Assembly (NCBI GenBank): GCA_043228905.1
Contig: JBHGNT010000002.1
Coordinates: 26,474,001 to 26,538,000, forward strand
Reading direction: 5' to 3'
Origin: Azolla caroliniana
Lineage: Eukaryota; Plantae; Polypodiophyta
Length of the DNA stretch: 64,000 bases
Every line of letters starts with the position of its first letter. The stretch's first letter is position 1. A model generated the notes under the pieces. It worked only from the letters and a program-made list of their open reading frames with translations, did not search any database and was not told the origin of the DNA. The translations under genes were made by a program, and so were the position numbers. Positions 1-12,300 of this stretch are shown piece after piece.

Positions 1-699
1 TTTTCATCAGTAGCGATCTTCACTAGAGCAATCTCACTACATATATTTTAGCATAATAAGCTGGTTTGAATCTACAAACACCATAATATGAAGTTCATAT
101 AATTGATATGTATAAGTGGTGGGCAAAATATTGAGCTATATTTAGCAATTTCCATGCCTTCTGAAGCACCTCTTGAGCCTTTATGATAGAATAAAGATAT
201 ATCACAATTTTACCATAGGGCATTCACCCACTTTTTCTTTTTCTTTGTGGAGACTCAACTGAACCTGGATCGTGTTGCCAAACTCTAGGCTTGTTGTGGT
301 GTAAAACAACAATCCCTTGATACAATTTGATTCCTAAGCTGGTTTATTGTGGCAATGAGAGGAGACTTTGTTGTGCTTTTCAATATCCAAATGCATGCAA
401 TTACTCATATCAAATGACCGTGTTTCGCCATATTTTCCTTTGGAGTATACAATCTTTTTTATGAAACTTGTCTTGGCAAACACATGTTTTACTCTAACAC
501 ATGAGGGGGTATTTTTCATTATGTGAAGTTTGGGCCACTAAGGATGCCCAAAAATGATAATGAATAGCTTTTTTAAAAAGTAATGGAATAATAGATAACG
601 GTATAAAGAACCCAAACTCAATTATAAACATGATTTCAAGGGGGAATATGTCGGTATACTTGTCCACATTTGTAATGTGTTAAGAGTCTATTACTAAAC

Positions 700-1630
700 A
701 ATACGTACCATACATGCATTCGCATTTGAGTATGGTAAACACCCTTGAAGTATGGTAAATACCATATTTTTGTATTCAATATTTCACTATAATAGTTATT
801 TACCCTTGAAGGACCGAAAGGGCAAGTAGTGGAGAGGCGCGATGAAGGTGGATTGGTTGAGTTGCACCAGTTCCATGCTATGGTACTACATATGGCTATG
901 GCGAACATTTACATCTCCATACATACATACATACATACATACATACATACATACATACATACATACATACATGGAGCTTTCGTGTGAACCCAAATTAAAA
1001 ACATCACATAAATATTCGTTAATAATGCAAGAAACCCATCATCATGCAATCCAAATCCAACCACCCCACACATCAATCATGACAATAATAATAATATTAG
1101 TAATAGTATTAGTGAATCGTGATAATAATGTTATTATTATTGTTGTTGTTGTTATTAAAGACATCACCCTCGTCTTTTTAATTAGACATTTGTAGTGGCC
1201 ACTAATCGCATCCTAATCACTAATTGGCCATACATACCTACTCTTATAATTAGCGACCATTTAGAGTTGTCCTAATCAAGGACAAGTTTCAATGGGTGCT
1301 AATTCTATCCTAATCAGGCAATTCGTCATGAATTAATCCACGTCTCCATTAGAGTGGTGGAGAGATGTTGTGAAGGTGGAGGGGTGAAAGGGCAAAAACA
1401 ACATGGAGGTGTGGCGAAGTTCGGTGGACTGTGGAGGCATGGTGAGGGTCGATGCGTTCGGGGCTATCTACTCGACCCTCTATGACGCGGCCAAATCATC
1501 GAAAGTGAGTCAAAAAGAAAATTAAAAGTAAAAAGAAAACATAAGTATGTTTGGATAATATATACGCATTCGTTTGCAAACATATAACAATAAATGTTTG
1601 AGCAAATGAATGCATATGTTACGTTTTATA
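700..1630. mobile_element. Degenerate non-autonomous DNA element, longer relative of the MITE at 29066-29341
   Basis: Left part (atacgtaccat..gcattcgcatt..aaacaccct-gaagtatggtaaatac) and right part (atacgcattcgttt..ttacgt) match the two ends of the 29066 element. Termini are decayed and no TSD was seen. Confidence 0.55.
918..970. repeat. (ATAC)n microsatellite
   Basis: Direct tetranucleotide run. Confidence 0.95.
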
Positions 1631-1887
1631 CAATAGTGCAGTTAAATTTTTTTAAAGGTAAATAGATTGGATAGAAGAACCCGTTCCACCCGACCACCCA
1701 TGAGCTCCCATATTGAAAGATATTAGCGGTAGGTTGATTATGTCTTGATCATTTGACTAGTTACTGTAGCTTGTACAATGTTACGTTAATAACATGTGGT
1801 ACATAATATCAACCACTAAGAGCATATATGCATATAAGATTAGAGACTCACATAAATAGATAATTTCAAAACTAGGGTTATAGCCAC

Positions 1888-1927
<40 letters not shown>

Positions 1928-2436
1928 GCAAACACGCTTGCTATGTTGGCATTTTGGTCTAAATCCAAGTCAACCCCTCTCTCTCTTCCGCATATTTAGG
2001 AATCCGCGTTATATATCCACCTACATGCGTGATTAAAAAGAGACAATGAATTGATAGAATAGTTTAGAAAATTTTATATGAGAGTATTGACTTGTGAATT
2101 TCTCGAGGAGGTGTTTAGGTTGGCGTCACATTACATCATCTAATGACGGAAATACATAAAAATGTGTATTAGACTTCCAAAAGACTAATTCACGTTTGAC
2201 AACGAAAGAAGCTAACTATTATTCCTCTTTGGTCTATAGTAGCCTCCATTATTCATCCCTAGGACAACGATTGCAATATGTGGGACTAACATAGCACATG
2301 TACATAGAGAGAGATTATTAAAGCACACAAGAAACTAGATTATTGACATGCACATGAAAGCGACAATGATCATGGACCAAATACAAAGAAAGAAGCTAAT
2401 TATTCTTCATTTTTCTCTCTCTATATTAGCCCCCAT

Positions 2437-2512
2437 CATATTGTGACTAGGTCTACACACATTGCAATTTGCTACATATTGTGACTAGGTCTAGACACAT
2501 TGCAATTTGCTA
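2437..2512. repeat. 38-bp tandem duplication
   Basis: catattgtgactaggtcta(c/g)acacattgcaatttgcta occurs twice, starting at 2437 and 2475. Confidence 0.9.
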
Positions 2513-3578
2513 AAGAGGCACAACTATGTGTGCGGGAGAAGCTAACAGTTTTTGCTTTCTATATTAGGAACCATCATTTTGAGCTTAAGTTCTATCCACG
2601 CCAAAAAATAATAAAAGAGACTCTAGAAGACAACACACAAAGAGATTATTAACAATACCCATGAGACTCAATACAATGTAGTAGATAGAGTCCAGCCTAT
2701 GGCAAAGAATGGAGTTGTGTTCTACCTTATGATTTTAACATGACCACATAAACCACTAGGTAGAGAGAGGTTACTTCTCATCAAAGTGTGTAAAATGTTA
2801 ATCTATGGTGGCAAAGGATACTTGTTTACTCTAAAAAGTGTAACATTTGTTTTTAATTTATCAATATACTATGGAAGGCCATGTGCACGACATCGACAAA
2901 CACAATCACCCATATGTTGACCACGAAACTTACTAATATAGTTCTCTACCCAAAGAGAAGTTGGAAATTAAATGCTTTTCCACCCATGTAGTTCCAAAGG
3001 GGCCTTGTGTACACACAAATTCACAATTGTAAGTGGTACCCCACACCCACCCATAGTGTGTAGGCAGCACACCACACTCTCTAGTATCTCCCTCTTTAAT
3101 GTAACTTCAAGAAACGTCTCTTGCTTCTTTTACTTGATTTGGTATCTCCCTCAATCAAATCATCCGAGGTTCCATAGATCTTAGAGGTCATACTAAAATT
3201 TAGCCTTCTATTTCTCTTTCCTAAGGAATGACTTCCATTTGGTTTCTTGGCTATATAAACACAAGGTTTGCCATCATGGTATTTGATGACAAAACATTTA
3301 TTTAAACCAATTGGAAACTTGGAGCTTGACCAATGTTGATTGCCTGAAACAACCTAGTTTTGTGCCTTATAGATAAATGGGTTGAGATGAAGGCAAATTC
3401 TTGATGTTTTCTAGATTCAGCATGGAAAAATGACATTCTCCCCACTCCACATAACACACGCATAATATATATATATATATAGTTGGCTTCTTGAAGCCTT
3501 CTTCGTTAGGCTTTCATCATTTATTCATTGCTTAAAGCCTTGTATTCCATAACTTGCCAACTTGACTTCATCATTCTT

Positions 3579-3628
<50 letters not shown>

Positions 3629-3979
3629 CCTTCCACAAAAGATTGTAAAAATCTCTACTTTCTTTCATTTCATGACAAAAACATATATATATATATATAT
3701 ATATATACATACAATGATACATACATACATACATATATAGATATATAGATAAATAGATAGATATATCATATATATAATAGGTGACTATTACTCTTCTACA
3801 AAACAACTAGACTTTTCGTGAAGTTATTAAGGATTCTATGCCACTACATAAAACCCGAAAGCAAGGGAGGAGGACGAGGAGAAGAGGCCATTAACATCAT
3901 AAATATATATTCTAAAACCAAAAGCAAAACCAAACCCAATATTAACACCAATTCTTCTTCTTCTTCTTCTTATGATGGA

Positions 3980-6900
3980 ATGGGCAATCCATCCGAACAC
4001 CACAAAATAACCCTTGCAGAACTCTTCAATAGTTCCCCTACTAAATCAACAGCCCATACCAATGTTGGTAATAACAACAATAATCTTAATCCACAGAAGA
4101 CTACATATGTGACCCCTTCTTCTCCTTCTCCTTCCCCTTCCCCTTCACCTCCTTCTCATTCTAAGAAAACATTTGCCCCACCCTTTACCAAGATATTGTC
4201 GAGCACCGGCAACAACATTCGAAGCTTATCACGGAAGTTGTCGTCGAAACATGTAAGAGATGTTTATATAAACCATTCAGGATCCCTCCTTATAAATCCA
4301 TCATCTGTTACCTCGCCCCCATCGATAAATCGGCATCATGTCCACCACCATGAATCATATGACATTTTTAATGGAGATGATGGTGTTTTCAATGATCAAT
4401 ACAATGAGGTGAGTGCCCCTAATAATGATTGTGGTGATTTGATCGGCCCCATCGATGATGATAATATCGGTCATGTTGATGACCCGATCGACATCAATCT
4501 TAGTACTATCAAGCCGGCAGTGAAATTATATCTAAGCGAGGATTGTGTGACCACCGAATCATCATTTGCAAACCACCAAGTATTTGAACCCAATCATCAT
4601 CTTCACGAAATCGATGATGCCACCATGGTTCCGACGAAGAAGGAGAAGCGCAAAGTCAAATTCCGGGATAGCATCCGTTACATTCTGGTGCCTAATGATG
4701 TGGCGACCGTCTCTAGTGCGAGGAACAATCCTGAGCTCACCAATGATTCTGAATCCATGGAAGTGGATCATATGAATGGGAATCAACTGAAGATTTGGGA
4801 AGAAGAAATGATGCAACATTACAGTTACAGTCCGAAGGAAGAATCGGTGCAGGGAATGAACAATATGACGAAGAAATCGGGGGCGGCGGGATTGTTTGGG
4901 AAGGTAGGGTTGATGACACCGAGGCAGACATGGAAGAAGAGTGGTCATTACTTCTCTCAAGAATTAGGAGGTCGAACGAGGGCGGCATTAAATTGGGCAC
5001 TGCCAGGGAAGAAGAGGCAGTATTATTCACAAGAATTAGGGATGGTGACCACGAGGCAGGCGGGGGCAGGGGCGGTGGCGCCGCTAGATGGTTTGGCGGT
5101 GGCCGCCAAATCTAGCGGTCAAGTGGCGGCGGAGACATGGCAGGATACAGGAGCAGGGCCTGCGGGGTCACATGGCCATGGCCATGGAGGAGGAGGAGTA
5201 GGGCAGCAGGGGGCGCCGCTAAGTTTGGCGGAGGAGTCACGGGGGCGGAAGCAGCAGCTAGTGGTGCCGCCGCTAGATTTGGGGGGGCCGCTAGATTTAG
5301 CGGGGGCGGACGGACGGGACCAAAGAGGAGGAGGAGGCGGAGGAGCATTATTGATGAGAAGAGGAGGGGGTAGGGGACGGGAGAGTGGAACGAAGATAAA
5401 GGTGTATATCGAGGACGGGATGATCGGGCTGGGATGGCAGGACGGCGTCCCGGTCATGCTGTCCGCGGGCGCCTACGATTTCTCCGATAGCACGCACCAC
5501 GGCCGCAGCCGGGGCTTCTCCATCGTGAAGAAAGTGAGTGAGAAGACGGTGTACGTGCGCCACGGGAACCTGAACCGGCTGAGGATAGGAGACGGTGGGC
5601 ACCTCGGGGTGGCTTGGGTGGATGGGCGCCCCCCCGTTCTACTCCACTCGGGATCCGTCTCGTTGTTCTCGTGCCAGGACTTCAGGTTCATCACCACTAG
5701 TGACGACATGCTCGCCCTCAAAGAGTTCACACTCGGCCCCTTCCGTATCGTCAACGTCGCCGACCACGAAATTGGTGTCAAGTTCCGTAACCGACAACCC
5801 CAGGTGCTCAAACCCGGGAGGTAGGTACTCTTTTACTTCCTCTCTCTCTCTATCTCTCTATGTATGTATCTATGTTTTTGTACCAAACCATGGGTAGGTT
5901 TTTTGTGTTTCATCTCATAGGTAGGTTTCAAACTTAGCCGAAGCAACCAACTTCCTTTCCTTCGTTTTGGTTGACCATTAGTTGCGCGTCCGACCTTAAC
6001 TACTACTAATTTCCAGTACATGTATAGTTCCATTGGATTATGACATGACTTTATGAGCTTTTGTCTAGCCAAGGTGGACCAAACATGGTTGGTAGTGGCT
6101 ACAAGTCAAGTGGTAAATTAATATGTAGTGCCTATAGACATATTTTCGATCTACAGTTATATCTTTCACATGAATATTGTACAATGTGCTCTTCATCTTT
6201 TATGACTCAAATCCATTCATTTAATACATAATTTAGTGCTTAAACTTTATCTCGATTTCTTTAATACACTTATATGACTCTCACGAAGTTATGTCCAATT
6301 AATGTGACGGTCCCGTCATACTCAAAATTGGTGTATGATTTACGAACATTAGTCATTGTCTAACTAAAATGGGAAAAAAAATTAGGGATAAGAAAAATGG
6401 CATGCTTTCTATCTCTAGATTCAAAATTTTGAAAATATTTTTGTTTTCATGCATGATGAGCGGTTGTAGAGAAGTCGTTGCATACCTACCTACCTAGATG
6501 CAATCCATACCTTTTCATGCTTTTATATATTGTCATACTTTATATGGCAAGGGCCTTCCCATGCTAGCTTCCTTCAAGTAAGAACACTCCTCCGATCAAA
6601 AGTCCACCAAGATCACACAACTACAACCGCTAGTATTTAAGGTGGATCCCATTATCAAGTTAATTACAAAGATGGAAGGAGTGCATGTGACAAGACAATG
6701 GTCAATGTGACAACAACTATTAGATCATGTGATATGCTTGCATGTTTAATATCCACATTGTAGGGGTCAATGATGTAGCCATGCCATGAATCTTGAGACA
6801 ATAAAAGAGCATTGTATTCAATGTATAATAGTTATAGAGCCAAGGTAAATCATAAGAACTATTTATACCGATGAACTATACTGTGGGGGGTGTTTGTGTG

Positions 6901-9134
6901 GACCAAGCATCTACATAGCGGATGGCCACCTTTGGAAAGGGCCAAACAACAAAAGTGTGATCATTAGCTTGGACACATATGGTATAAATAACTTATAGTT
7001 TCGATATATAAAGGGTTACTACAATGCTCCTTCATCCACTCTAATCATTCTAGGGAGGATTTCACTATTGTTAATGGTGGCAATAGGCATGCTGTTTAAA
7101 AATGAAGAATCCACTCTTCTACCCATGGCTCATCCTAATCACAACTCTTATGTAGTATTGAATGGATACTTAAGGGCTCTAGTTCGCTTACTGAATCTCA
7201 TCTCTGATATATTCAGTCTAGGAGGCAAATCTACAATACTTTCTTCTTTTCTAATTTAATGCTTTGATATCGGTGCTTCATTACATTGGCAATGATGCAC
7301 ATGCCATCAAGATGAGAGGCTAGGCCCATTGATCGACATGATGCATAAAATCTGAGATGTGATTGGAATAGTACATGGAAATCAACGATTTCCTTGTGTT
7401 GTTCCAAGCTTGTTGTTTAATAGTACAAAGGTTGTGTTGTTCTCAACAAGACATTGCATGCGAAAATGTAATGCGAGACCATATGCTTTCTATGTCACAT
7501 AGAGTTTTGATGCACCAAACTAAAGCTACATAGATTACCTTGCTCAATTTCTAGTACTTAATCATAGAAACATGAGGATATATAGTAAACATTCAGGTTG
7601 TGGGTTTCATTCTTGAATAATGGAGATTATCTTGTGTTTTATAAACCTTCTGTAGTACAAAAGTTTGCTTCTAAAATAGGCCTAACAACTTTGACACATG
7701 TCAAAATTTGAAAACCCAATGGGTTGAATACAATAGCATCAATTTGTAGAAGGTGTGGGCATTGGGTAACAAAGAAGTTGATGTATAGTAGTTCAATCTC
7801 GGCAAAAGTTCCACAACATAAAAGTAGAGTGAATGACCTAGGATTCAATACCGTGTTCCCTAGATAGCTACTAGTGTAAACATCTTTGGCATGATTGGTG
7901 ACTCTTTAAAAATATTCAATGACCTACGATAGAGTGTTACATTATGCGGTTGAGACCTAGCCCATCAACGATATTAAACAACAATCTTGTTAATCTAGAA
8001 ACCACACTTAGTTTGGTATACCTATTTTGAGGGACTCGTCAAATGTGAAAGGAGTAGATGCATGTTTTATGTGATGGTTCATTGTTGCTACCATACTAGC
8101 TTGTGAAGAGTAGGACAAATCAAGTGGACTAGCAAATTGTTTAAGATGAGTCACGAAAGGCAGATTAAATTTACTCATAATCATTGCAATTTGTTGAAGA
8201 TAATGTTTAACAACATGGTCATATAATGCCTCCAATATTAATTTGCTCCATGTACGCCATTTAGATGAGGCAGTGTGTGACCTCTTGTTTATGTCATTGT
8301 CGTTGAAGATTATTATACCATCTCTAAATTCCAAAATATTATTCATGCTTGACTTAGTTGCACACATGGAAATGCTCAATATTTGGTAAAATACTTATTA
8401 ATAAATTAATGCAAACTCACCAATAGGCAAGTGATGATGTCTACACGACCCTTAAACATCTAGACTGGTCAATTAGAATGTAAATATATATATATATGTT
8501 TGTTTTTCTCGATCTTTTTCATTGCTAGTGTGAAATAAAAGCATAAAAATATCTTACACTTAGATACGAGCTATTCTAAATTCAGAATCCTTTTTCTATA
8601 CCAGACATTACTTAAGCATGACAAAACTGGAGGTTTTTGCTGGGTTTGAGTCATTATTAAAGAGACAAAGTAAAATCGATGGAGTAATAGCAACATCAAA
8701 AGATGACACGAAAGTAATTGTTGACATAGTCTTAGAATGGCAAATAAAAGCTGAAGATGCGACTTTTGCCCGCCTTGCAAATATCAGCGATGTTGAAACT
8801 GTTGTTTGTGAAAAAACTCGCCGAGCCTTTCATTTAGTTATGTGGGACACCAATGCACAGGATTTACAGGTTGAGATAGTGAAACAAGGTGATGACCTTT
8901 TGCAATCTACAATTAACACAACATCATCAACTCTACAATCTTCCTTTAAAGACATATCCGCCAAAGTCTCAAGAGAGTGTATGGAACTCTTCGAAGAGGT
9001 AATCAAGTTTTTTAAGTTGAAGAGTTTATGTGAAGTTTATGATGCTAGAAATGGTTGATCATGCCATTTTCATGGTATGATGATGTGAGATTAAACCACA
9101 TAATGGATTTATTCTTTCTCACCATGCATATACA

Positions 9135-9170
<36 letters not shown>

Positions 9171-9323
9171 TATATATGTATATGTATATTCTACAATAAT
9201 CATGTTATAACGATGTGGTGTGCCATTTGTTAACCGCAGGGATGGACAATCACCCTATGGGATTTGCAATTGAGCAACATGATAATATCGCACAAATCCC
9301 AATTTGTACAAGATAATATGTAA
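3980..9323 (+). CDS. SPFH/band-7 family protein with tandem SPFH1-like repeats (vacuolin-like architecture) and a long low-complexity N-terminus; exons 3980-5820, 8605-8998, 9240-9323 (about 772 aa)
   Basis: First in-frame ATG is at 3980. GT-AG junctions are phase-compatible and give ...QPQVLKPGR|HYLSMTKLEVF... and ...ELFEE|GWTITLWDLQLSNM. SPFH2-like segment: IATSKDDTKVIVDIVLEWQI. Three repeats of the form V/I-x-D/E-G-x-I/LGx-W/F-x-D/N-G/R-x-PxxL-x-G. Confidence 0.8.
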
Positions 9324-12300
9324 AATAAATAAATCTTAGTGATGGTATGTTATGATGTCCCTGGGAGATTTTTCATATGAAACCCTAAGAATGTACATAG
9401 TGTATAATTGTTATAAAGAGATACATACAATGCCAGATTGATTCATGATTTTTATCATTGTATATTGAGTGAAAACACTCAATCTGGTCTTTGAAGGAAA
9501 TTTATTCCATGACTCTTTGAAAAGAGTGGTGTGAATTATGTTCTATTCAACAAAATATAGTTTTTGCGCTATATTAAGAAGCTATGAGGAGACGATGTGA
9601 ATGGAAAATGAAGCAGCAAGGAAGCAAGGAGGCGACAAGAAAGAGGAATCCATTAAATGACCAAACCAATTTTAATAATGCATCTGTGATGTTAGGGCGA
9701 TTGAGAAGCACTTTACAATAAGAGGATTCGTTTGGTGCCATTGGCAAATACATGTTGATGGATGTACTAAGGGGCTTTATATTTGGTAAGCTTTTGTGAA
9801 ATTGCATGGTTTCATATTATTTCTCAACATGTAAGATATTTGTACAACATATTTCCTAACCAATTCATCAAGTAACAAATGAGGGAGCCCACTGTGTGAT
9901 ACAGTATGATGCTTCCTTCAATTGACCTAAAGAAATTGAAGGAATTGTTACATCATCATAGACACCAAGCTCATTCAAGAATTAACAAGAAATTGGCATA
10001 CCAATAAACAATGTATAATAGTGGAGCTATTTGTATGTTGAAATTCATTGGAAGAAACTTGTAATGTTGAGCATCGGACTTAGAAACACAAGTTTTGCTT
10101 TTTATGTTTATTTTAATGATTTGAACTCTATATGAAAGTGGGGCAATTCATGACAGCATGCTTTGCTCTTAATATCGTGTCTCTAAGTCTACACCATTAT
10201 AATCTGTTGTCATTATAGATGTTTAATTATTTGCTTGTCCTTTCTAAAACATGATTAATTTCACTTATAATTTCTTCAATTCCATAATTCATTGTTATTG
10301 TAAGACGAAACTCTTTAATAAGCTTTAATTATTTGCTTCTCATTTCCGAAATCAGATTTAATTTCACTTGTAATTTCTCTTATTGAATCTTAAGCTATTA
10401 TCCTTACTAATTGATAGTTTAGTTAGTGGTGCATTACACCTTATTTCATAAGGTAAGCTAGAATTTAATGTTTAGCATACACTTTTCTAAATTGTGATTT
10501 TTATTAAAGTCACATGACGTGTCTGTTGTGAACTTGCTATAGCTTTTATATTGTACACGTTAGGCCATTACAATGAACAAGCATGCCTTTATTAAAGACA
10601 TCTTTTATGAGTTGCACTTGTATATTGTGAATTTAATTAGTTCAAATATTACAAAATTGTTATTTGGGGGTTATGAGTTTCAATGTTAAAAAACATTTGT
10701 ACATTTTTATACACGAAGGCTAGAAAAATTGTCGATAAATAAATAAATAAAAAGAGGTGAAGACAACCCCTTGGCATCGTTTACATGTCAATTAGATCTT
10801 GTTCTTTCACCCTGCAAACATCTTACATACATTTTATCTTTTCAATGTGGGAAACTACTTCACCGTTGGTGTTACCATGTCAAGATAAAAGAAATTCACA
10901 TAAAATGTGAGGTGATGTGTAGGCTCTCCAAGAAGTGATTCTTCATAGGAGAGCCCCTATGATAAATGATGTGTATTCCATTATGACTCTCTTTGTTGAT
11001 AAGGCATCCCATGAAGAGGGACCCTAGTTTTTGTATTTGCATGTGACTTTTTTGCATACATTGTCCCACATTACACAATTTGGGTGGGGTTTTGATTGCC
11101 CAAATCTTACAAAGGCAGAAAATTTCCATCTCTTAAGGGACGACAAGACCTTCAAACGAGGGTTATGAAACACATATGATATGTTTATATTCCTTAATGG
11201 CATTAAGAAACATAGGAGAGATTAGTAGTGTCAATGACAACTATAAGTTTAGGATTCAAACACAAGGCTTCAAGATTAACGTTGTCGTATCAAACAAATA
11301 TGAGCTAAGGAAGGCTTGAAGGAGATGCACTTCTAGGGACATTTTGTATGAGGAGAGCATGCTTGGAAGGAACCTAAACTTTAAGTCTTTGAGTCTTGGC
11401 ACTCAAATAGATCAAATACAACATGCAACCTTTGATTTCCATTATGTAGGCAAATGCTACATAACCATGCAATTTGTTGTGAGTGTGACACACAAGATCT
11501 ATGTGCAATTATTTGGGCAAGTGCAATAAGTTTTCCAAGGAAAACACTAATCTTACACCCATTCCGAAATTTGTTTATTTGCTTAAATTAAATAAAATTG
11601 GACATAAATTTATTTGTGTATCACATGGAAAAATCTTTGATTGTGACTTTGTCCTTCAACAAGGTTCCTATCGTGGCTTTTCACCCCACCTATGAATTTC
11701 ACAATACTCTCTCTTCAAAATATTAAGATCAATGTCTTGTTTTTTGGGGAAAAAAAGGATCAGTGTCATGTTTTTAATGATGACAATATACCCTTAACAT
11801 TTTAGAAATGGTTAGAATAATGTAAATACCCAAAAACACTGACAAAAGAGAGAGAGGTAGATATAAGGTTCTAGCACCACACCACCAATTTGAATATCAT
11901 TCTTGCATCTGAGTACCAATAACAATAGTTTTAGAACACTATGAATGAGGTTTTTGGAGGTTCTATGTCACATGCATGTGAATTTTCTTTTGTCAAGTAG
12001 ATTTACATGTTCAATCCCTGTTTGAAGTTTCTTTTTCAGAATAGTCTTTTTTGAAGACTTAATCTAATAGTATACTTTCCTCAATATTTAATCTAATAGA
12101 CATTATTGTTACAAATCACAGATTTTGTCCTTCTCCAATCAATGATATATTTTGTGAGTGGAGACCATTTTGATTCATTACTTGACCTTAAGAATTTAAT
12201 GGTGATGTGTGGCAAGTGTAGCAGATGGATACATGCTACAAATTAATTACTTGTTAAAAGCAAGAGGAGTCCATTATGGTCTCAAACTTGCCTTTCCATT

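Noticed and set aside
3818-3979. N-terminal extension of the 668-aa ORF
   Set aside because: It begins at GTG. The first in-frame ATG is at 3980, so this is probably 5' UTR.
4562-5897. Many overlapping and antisense ORFs over the SPFH exon
   Set aside because: Expected from GC-rich, stop-poor sequence, with no recognisable domains.
8008-8379. 123-aa antisense ORF in SPFH intron 1
   Set aside because: Non-ATG start in the track and no motif I can recognise, so it cannot be supported as a gene.
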